Source: a virus. From it: a DNA stretch of 64,000 bases. This document shows, piece after piece, positions 58,763-64,000 of this stretch. Below the pieces are notes generated by a model. That model made no database searches, had not been told where the DNA came from, and saw nothing but the letters and a program-made list of their open reading frames with translations. The stretch spans positions 41,456 to 105,455 of IMG/VR virus record IMGVR_UViG_3300035180_001847; one strand, written 5' to 3'. Numbering within the stretch: the first letter of the stretch is position 1; the number at the start of each line of letters is the position of its first letter. The position numbers and the translations under genes were made by a program.

Positions 58763-59833
58763 TTAATCATCGGCCTTAAGAACACGATAAATTTTCTTCA
58801 ATGTTTCCATGTCATCAATTTGACTGAATTGTAATGGAAGTCCTTTTCTTTCAAGTTCTTGTTTCTTTAAAGATGATACTTCCTTAGACATTGACTTTGC
58901 ATAATTCAAAACTTCCGCTCTAAATTCTTCAACACCAACCAAAGAATCCACCGTGTTTTTATTTTTCTCTTTTTCAGAAAATGCAATTGCTCTTTCGGAA
59001 TATTCCTTTTCTTCTTTTTTGCGAAGAGCATCAATTTCTTTAGATGTTTTTCCAGTTGATTTTTCTAATGCCACAGTAATTGCATTGATGTATTCTTTGG
59101 CATCAAGGTTAATTTTCTCAGGTAAAAACTCGCCACTCAATCGTGAACCAGCATCAACAAAATCCGTTCCTCTAAAATAAATAACTCTCTTTGATGCGGT
59201 TTTTCTTTCGTCCTTGATTTCCACTTCTTCAATAAACATTGGCATAAAATCTGCTCTATCGGCAAAAATTGCATCATAAGCGAATTCCAAAGAGCCAGTA
59301 ATCATTTGATATGCTTCATCCGAGAGTTTTTCCTTCATGTCTTTGGTTTTGGTATGACCAATATAAACCATTCCATATCCAGCCAATTCCAATTTACCAA
59401 TTTGTTCCTCAATTAATTGACGTGCCTTCTTTTTACCTGCTCCATAACCACCTAAAGCCGCATTGATAGAACTGATCGCTTCACCTTTGGTGATACGATG
59501 AATTTCCATAACCTTGCGTTCAGCCATTTCAACTAATTCATCAACTGTGTCGAGAGCCAAAATTTTAAATGTGTTTTCATTCTTGTTTTCAACCAAATCC
59601 TCGACAACATCTACAAAATCACCCCATGTAGGACAAGATTGAGCATAAAGATTATCTAAGGTTTTATAGCCTTCTTCGTAACCCATAGAAATCAACATCC
59701 CGAACTCTGGTTTTCCATATGCTTCAATTACCAAATCACGAAAAGCCGTTGTTTTTCCCACCTTTGGCGTTCCACGCCAATAATGACGATAGTGGGCAAT
59801 ATCAAGTTTAATAGTATTGAGTGAATATTTCAT
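58763..59833 (-). CDS. AAA-family NTPase (YorG/Sak4-like recombination protein)
   Basis: GTPKVGKTT; LDTVD; GGYGAG; IGH; AGSR. Confidence 0.8.
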   Translation of the reverse strand: MKYSLNTIKLDIAHYRHYWRGTPKVGKTTAFRDLVIEAYGKPEFGMLISMGYEEGYKTLDNLYAQSCPTWGDFVDVVEDLVENKNENTFKILALDTVDELVEMAERKVMEIHRITKGEAISSINAALGGYGAGKKKARQLIEEQIGKLELAGYGMVYIGHTKTKDMKEKLSDEAYQMITGSLEFAYDAIFADRADFMPMFIEEVEIKDERKTASKRVIYFRGTDFVDAGSRLSGEFLPEKINLDAKEYINAITVALEKSTGKTSKEIDALRKKEEKEYSERAIAFSEKEKNKNTVDSLVGVEEFRAEVLNYAKSMSKEVSSLKKQELERKGLPLQFSQIDDMETLKKIYRVLKADD

Positions 59834-59878
59834 TTTATTATTTCCTCCGGTATTTACTTTTTTTATTTTTTTAGAAAA

Positions 59879-59913
59879 TTATGTTCACGATAAATAAATT
59901 ATCGTGAACATAA
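59879..59913 (-). terminator. Hairpin/terminator
   Basis: TTATGTTCACGATAA/TTATCGTGAACATAA. Confidence 0.65.
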
Positions 59914-59938
59914 ACAAATATTATTTATTTAAATAATA

Positions 59939-60946
59939 TTACCAACCACTCTCGACTTCACTATCAATTTTACTCTTTTCACCACCCTCTTGACTTTCAA
60001 AAGCAGATGCATTCTTTGACTTCTTTAACTCAGAACATTCATCCCTAAACGACTCAACAATCTTCTTTGTATATGATTCGGTGTCCAACGTTTCAGGACG
60101 CGCTCCAGTAACTTGCATGGTAACACGAGAAGGAGTTTTTGCCTTCCCCACTGAACTAGCTTCACCCCAAACCTCAGTAGTAACAGTCTCCACGACTTGA
60201 GTTGATTGAATCTTTCCCGTTAAAGTAATCCCATTGAAAGGTTTAACATGTTCTTTAATTTGCTTTGCCAACGATTCATTGGTTTCTAATGAAATATCCT
60301 CGACATTATTGTATCCAATGACAATACCATTTACAAAATACTTGAAACTTTTTTCAAATTCCACACGTTCTACTCCAGTGAAAACAATTGGCTGTGCAAA
60401 CTCCGCCTGCTTAACAAACTTATCGCTTGAGAAATCAATTTCATCTTTAGCGAGATAAAGAGCTTGTGGAATAAATTTGGTGGTTTTTCTCACTTCCTTG
60501 CTATCCTTATCTTCATAAGAAGAATGTTCGATAGAACCCTTCACGAAAACAGAAATCCCATCGTTTCCGTGAGTTTCAATATAGTCAATTGCATCAAATG
60601 GTGTAAGAGTTACTAATTCATTCTTTTTGGTTTCTTCATTTTTAGTCAAACCCAAACTTACTCCAATGAGTCTGAAACCATCCCTGCTCCATCGCATTCG
60701 TTTAACCCAATCAACCTTTTCGATTTCTGGTTTATTATTCTTAACAGGTTTACTAAAATAAACATATTCCTGTTCCATACCATTCATGTGCAAAAACATC
60801 ATTTCTGTATCACTGATTTTGAGGCGAAGATTCATCATTCGCATTTTCTTACCACTCTTAGTGGTAATTTCAGTAAAAGACTTTTCTTCTTTAAAGCCCA
60901 TGAGAATACCACGAGCTTCAAAAGTTCCCTTAGTTTGTTTTAACAT
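59939..60946 (-). CDS. Putative single-stranded DNA-binding protein (YorF-like)
   Basis: OB-like segments; acidic C-terminus ending in an aromatic residue; position. Confidence 0.65.
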   Translation of the reverse strand: MLKQTKGTFEARGILMGFKEEKSFTEITTKSGKKMRMMNLRLKISDTEMMFLHMNGMEQEYVYFSKPVKNNKPEIEKVDWVKRMRWSRDGFRLIGVSLGLTKNEETKKNELVTLTPFDAIDYIETHGNDGISVFVKGSIEHSSYEDKDSKEVRKTTKFIPQALYLAKDEIDFSSDKFVKQAEFAQPIVFTGVERVEFEKSFKYFVNGIVIGYNNVEDISLETNESLAKQIKEHVKPFNGITLTGKIQSTQVVETVTTEVWGEASSVGKAKTPSRVTMQVTGARPETLDTESYTKKIVESFRDECSELKKSKNASAFESQEGGEKSKIDSEVESGW

Positions 60947-61153
60947 ATTTTCTCCTATTTTTTTGTTTTGTAAATATTTTTATTTATTTAGTTTTGCTTT
61001 TATAATTATATATATCTTTCATGTGTTTGTTTTGAACTATGAGTATTTGTTTTTATTTTAAGAAAATATGCCGCCTGATTTTAACGAAGTATTTTAAAAG
61101 CGGAATAATAATCTTTCAGCCTCCTTGTTTATGGTCGTGAATAATCGCACTAG

Positions 61154-61224
61154 CAGGATATGAAAGTGTCGAACTTCCATCTTTAGGGTCAAAGCCTAAT
61201 GTAATACCGTTATACCAATATCCC
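61154..61224 (-). tRNA. tRNA-Gln(TTG)
   Basis: GGGATAT/ATATCCT acceptor; TTAGG-CT-TTG-AC-CCTAA; GGAAG-TTCGACA-CTTTC. Confidence 0.85.
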
Positions 61225-61339
61225 ATGAATAAACCATGATTGAATTGAATAATACTTTTATTGATTTTGAATCAACCACACTTCTAATAAAAAAATTGCT
61301 TATGTTGCAGTCTGGAAAAACAAGTGCAATAATCCTGAG

Positions 61340-61411
61340 CGTCCTTATCCAGAATCGAACTGGAATCGTGATGTTAGAAGCATCGTATGTTTTCCATTAC
61401 ACTATAAGGAC
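61340..61411 (-). tRNA. tRNA-Arg(TCT)
   Basis: GTCCTTA/TAAGGAC; loop CT-TCT-AA; TCCAG-TTCGATT-CTGGA. Confidence 0.88.
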
Positions 61412-61529
61412 GTGTTTATTTAATTATGACGCATAAGGAGAATAAAAAAATGAACCTTATTTATTGATTTATAATCAATCATTTTCAATCATTCATCCTG
61501 GTTCTCTATATGAAAATATTGTAAAACCT

Positions 61530-62615
61530 TCATTTCATCAACAGATAGCTGAAAATATGTTTTATAACATCCACTGTCCATCCATTTCCAAGCATTTTAT
61601 ATCTCTGAGAATTTGAAACAATGGATGTGTAATTATCTGGAACAGTTTGCAATCTTTCACACTCCAACGGGGTCAATTTTCTATAATAAATATCATTCAA
61701 TGCAATTTTAGGTTCTCTATGCCCACCCTGCATTGTTGTCAAGGATGGACTTTTTCCATTAATGGAATATACCCGTTTTACTATATCGTATCCATTTATG
61801 TTTTCAGCCATTCCAACTTGAATCAATCCATTTAATTTATGTGGATGATCTGAGGCGACAAAATTGTGTTCTCCGTCCTTTTCAATATTTAATTGAGATT
61901 CAATATTATCAGCAATAATTTGATTTTTAAGTGTCGCGCCACCACACCCAACAAGACACCCATGAGGAATTGTTTTTACATAAATATAGCCCCACTCATG
62001 TCTATCTTCGCGACCACTTCCCCTTCCCGAACTTCTTACCGTATTGGATTTCTCCTTAATTAATGAAGAATTTTGAATATCAAAATTTTCTAAAATATCT
62101 TTTAAAAATATTTTTTTATCTTCTGGCTGTTCAATTCCATGTATATTTGTCCAATATAATCTTTTTCTTGATTGTGCGGAGACCAAAGATGAATTAATTT
62201 CAATTGGCGTTATTTTCAAATACTCGGAAATTACATCTTGAAATTCTTGTTTCATTTTAACATTTTCAAGAAGAAATTTTATTTTTGGATTTTTCTTTTT
62301 CAAAAAATTCAATATTTCTACATATTCAAAAAATAATTTACTTCGAGGATCATTGAAATTCAATTGTTTTCCAGCAAAGGAAAATCCCTGACAGGGACTT
62401 CCTCCAATCAAAAGATCGATTTTTGGTAAATTCCAAGATTTCCAATTTTGAACATCCCCAAGTTGAATAGTTTGCGGATAATTTTTTTGGGTAACTTTGA
62501 TTGCGTATTTATCAATCTCGGACGCAAAATATTTATTTACCTTAATTCCAGCGCGCTCCAAAGCAATTTGACCGCAACTCATTCCATCAAACAATGAAAG
62601 AATATTTAATTTCAA
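61530..62615 (-). CDS. dcm: DNA cytosine-5 methyltransferase
   Basis: LSLFDG, GGSPCQGFS, ENV, Q.RKRLYW, RKLTPLECERLQ, GNGW. Confidence 0.92.
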   Translation of the reverse strand: MKLNILSLFDGMSCGQIALERAGIKVNKYFASEIDKYAIKVTQKNYPQTIQLGDVQNWKSWNLPKIDLLIGGSPCQGFSFAGKQLNFNDPRSKLFFEYVEILNFLKKKNPKIKFLLENVKMKQEFQDVISEYLKITPIEINSSLVSAQSRKRLYWTNIHGIEQPEDKKIFLKDILENFDIQNSSLIKEKSNTVRSSGRGSGREDRHEWGYIYVKTIPHGCLVGCGGATLKNQIIADNIESQLNIEKDGEHNFVASDHPHKLNGLIQVGMAENINGYDIVKRVYSINGKSPSLTTMQGGHREPKIALNDIYYRKLTPLECERLQTVPDNYTSIVSNSQRYKMLGNGWTVDVIKHIFSYLLMK

Positions 62616-62768
62616 ATTATACGCTCCTCGTTTTCATACAATAATTTTTTTTATCAATTATGAAAAAGTGAATGATTGAATGATGAACACATTCAATTAT
62701 TCATCGAAACTCTCAAATCCTGCCTTGAAACAAATCTTTCATTGCTAACCAAAGTCCCATGTTTTTTG

Positions 62769-62840
62769 TAGCGGGTATTGAAATCGAATCAATTTAATAT
62801 AGGTTATGAGCCTATTTAGACACCTTGCCTACCACCCGCT
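62769..62840 (-). tRNA. tRNA-Met/Ile2(CAT)
   Basis: AGCGGGT/ACCCGCT; ATAGG-CT-CAT-AA-CCTAT; lacks the initiator 3-GC stem; short D loop. Confidence 0.8.
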
Positions 62841-63216
62841 GTATAAATTTATTCTTATTTAAGAGAATCCGCTTCCTTTTAAACTAAGGAAGCGTATATT
62901 ATCAATTATGGTTCTACGCTTTCCTTCCCATCTGGACTACCAGATGTTGCATGTTGATTCTATGAGCCAAAAACAGTCAAATAAATATGAATAATTTGCA
63001 CACCTTTTCTTTATAAGCTCTCTCTCATAAATGGGATTTCCAACCAAAATTTAAAACTCATTCGGTTTCCATCATATCCCATCCACCCACCGAAAGTCTT
63101 TTGATTAGGGATAAAGATAACGCAAGTCAGAAATTTTAAGATTAAGTATAATAGCTTTCTAAAATTCCTTTTTGCCATAAAAACATTTGTCGGAATGTTT
63201 TACCGCTGACATTTTA

Positions 63217-63333
63217 GTTAAAATGGTCATTCAGTGACCATTTTCGTAACTGTGGCTGTTGCCTTTGTTAGCATGACAACGATTTTAATATTTGTTCCTA
63301 TCAGTGAACACACCACGTTATTTATTTCTTATA
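63217..63333 (-). ncRNA. Unassigned small RNA candidate (promoter, three-way junction, terminator)
   Basis: Minus strand AAC-GTGG/CCAC-A-GTT closing TGTTC/GAACA and GTTGTC/GGCAAC, then AAAATGGTCA/TGACCATTTT. Confidence 0.45.
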
Positions 63334-63339
63334 AAATTT

Positions 63340-63368
63340 ATTTTACATCCGTTTGTTTATTTTGTCAA
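63340..63368 (-). promoter_or_regulatory. Sigma70-type promoter
   Basis: TTGACA-N17-TAAAAT. Confidence 0.65.
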
Positions 63369-63706
63369 GAGGCAAGAGTTTATAAAAGAAACATTTTATG
63401 GCTACTTTTTCCTATGGCTTACTATTGTATCATCGCCACAGTTTCATTCCTGAAACACTCAATCGAATACAAATTTCACTATTTATCAATCAATTCATCT
63501 CTATTCATAGAGCCTTTTACCACCACAATACTTACATTAGTGACATACCATCATTTTTATAATGAGATTACTCGCCACCCCGAATGCCCTTCTCAAAAGC
63601 CCCAAATAGCATGTAATCTCATTATTTTTAGAAGCAATAAGATAAAAATCTTGATAATATGATAATATAAATAGAAGATATTTTTATCTATTTATTGCTT
63701 CTTAGG

Positions 63707-63794
63707 TTATCCGAGAAGGAGTCGAACATCCATAAACCTTGTGAGGGCATCCACGTTATAAGCATGGGGCTCTAACCAGTTGAGCTATCGGATA
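63707..63794 (-). tRNA. tRNA-Ile(TAT) with long variable arm (88 nt)
   Basis: TATCCGA/TCGGATA; GCTC/GAGC D stem; CCATG-CT-TAT-AA-CGTGG; 19-nt variable region containing CCT-CACA-AGG; TTCGA loop. Confidence 0.8.
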
Positions 63795-63832
63795 ATACTT
63801 TTTTCAGTAGGTAACATCCTCTTACGTTTTTT

Positions 63833-63861
63833 AGTATACAATATTTTTCTATTTTTGTCAA
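63833..63861 (-). promoter_or_regulatory. Sigma70-type promoter for tRNA-Ile(TAT)
   Basis: TTGACA-N17-TATACT. Confidence 0.7.
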
Positions 63862-64000
63862 GCCCAAAACGGCTATAAAAAGTTTGTTTTATTCCCAAAA
63901 ACATTGATGCGTGATCGCCTTCTTTTCTTCACTACTCTCGTTATTTTGTTTTATTGGTAGAGGGTAATTAGAAATAAAAAGTTCATTTCCCTTTTTCGCT

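Noticed and set aside
61236-61436. Plus-strand 66-aa ORF
   Set aside because: Antisense to tRNA-Arg; no RBS or homology cues.
63234-63662. Plus-strand 142-aa ORF
   Set aside because: Runs against the local transcription direction across a minus-strand promoter and structured element; no RBS.

Overview
The window is most of an AT-rich, SPbeta-like (large temperate siphovirus-type) phage or prophage genome arranged as two convergent arms that meet at a bidirectional terminator near 40.65 kb. The + arm (about 2-40.6 kb) carries a YonO-like single-subunit RNA polymerase, an HU-like protein, a metallophosphoesterase, a terminase split by an ORF-less group I intron, portal, a ferritin-like protein, protease/scaffold, capsid, tail genes, a RuvC-like resolvase, a tyrosine recombinase, tape measure, Dit, tail tip and a mosaic glycine-rich fibre. 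The - arm (40.7-64 kb) carries nucleotide-metabolism genes, several DNA methyltransferases, small accessory ORFs, the replication module (RecD2, DnaE, RecJ, primase, helicase, AAA ATPase, SSB) and tRNAs, driven by near-consensus sigma70 promoters. The most unusual observations are: (1) two clusters of integron-type attC-like sites with no integron integrase in the window, one embedded among phage accessory genes, where ORFs read through the attC and gain Cys/His zinc-finger-like tails; (2) a dispersed intergenic palindrome (TTG)ATAAAA-N6-TTTTAT(CAA); (3) a perfect (TAAA)19 microsatellite in front of the packaging operon; (4) a tRNA-Ile(UAU) with a long variable arm; (5) several unassigned structured ncRNA candidates. 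The attC type and the holin type suggest a Chloroflexota (Anaerolineae-like) host, but this is inference from recalled sequence patterns. No database searches were run; all product calls rest on motifs and gene order.
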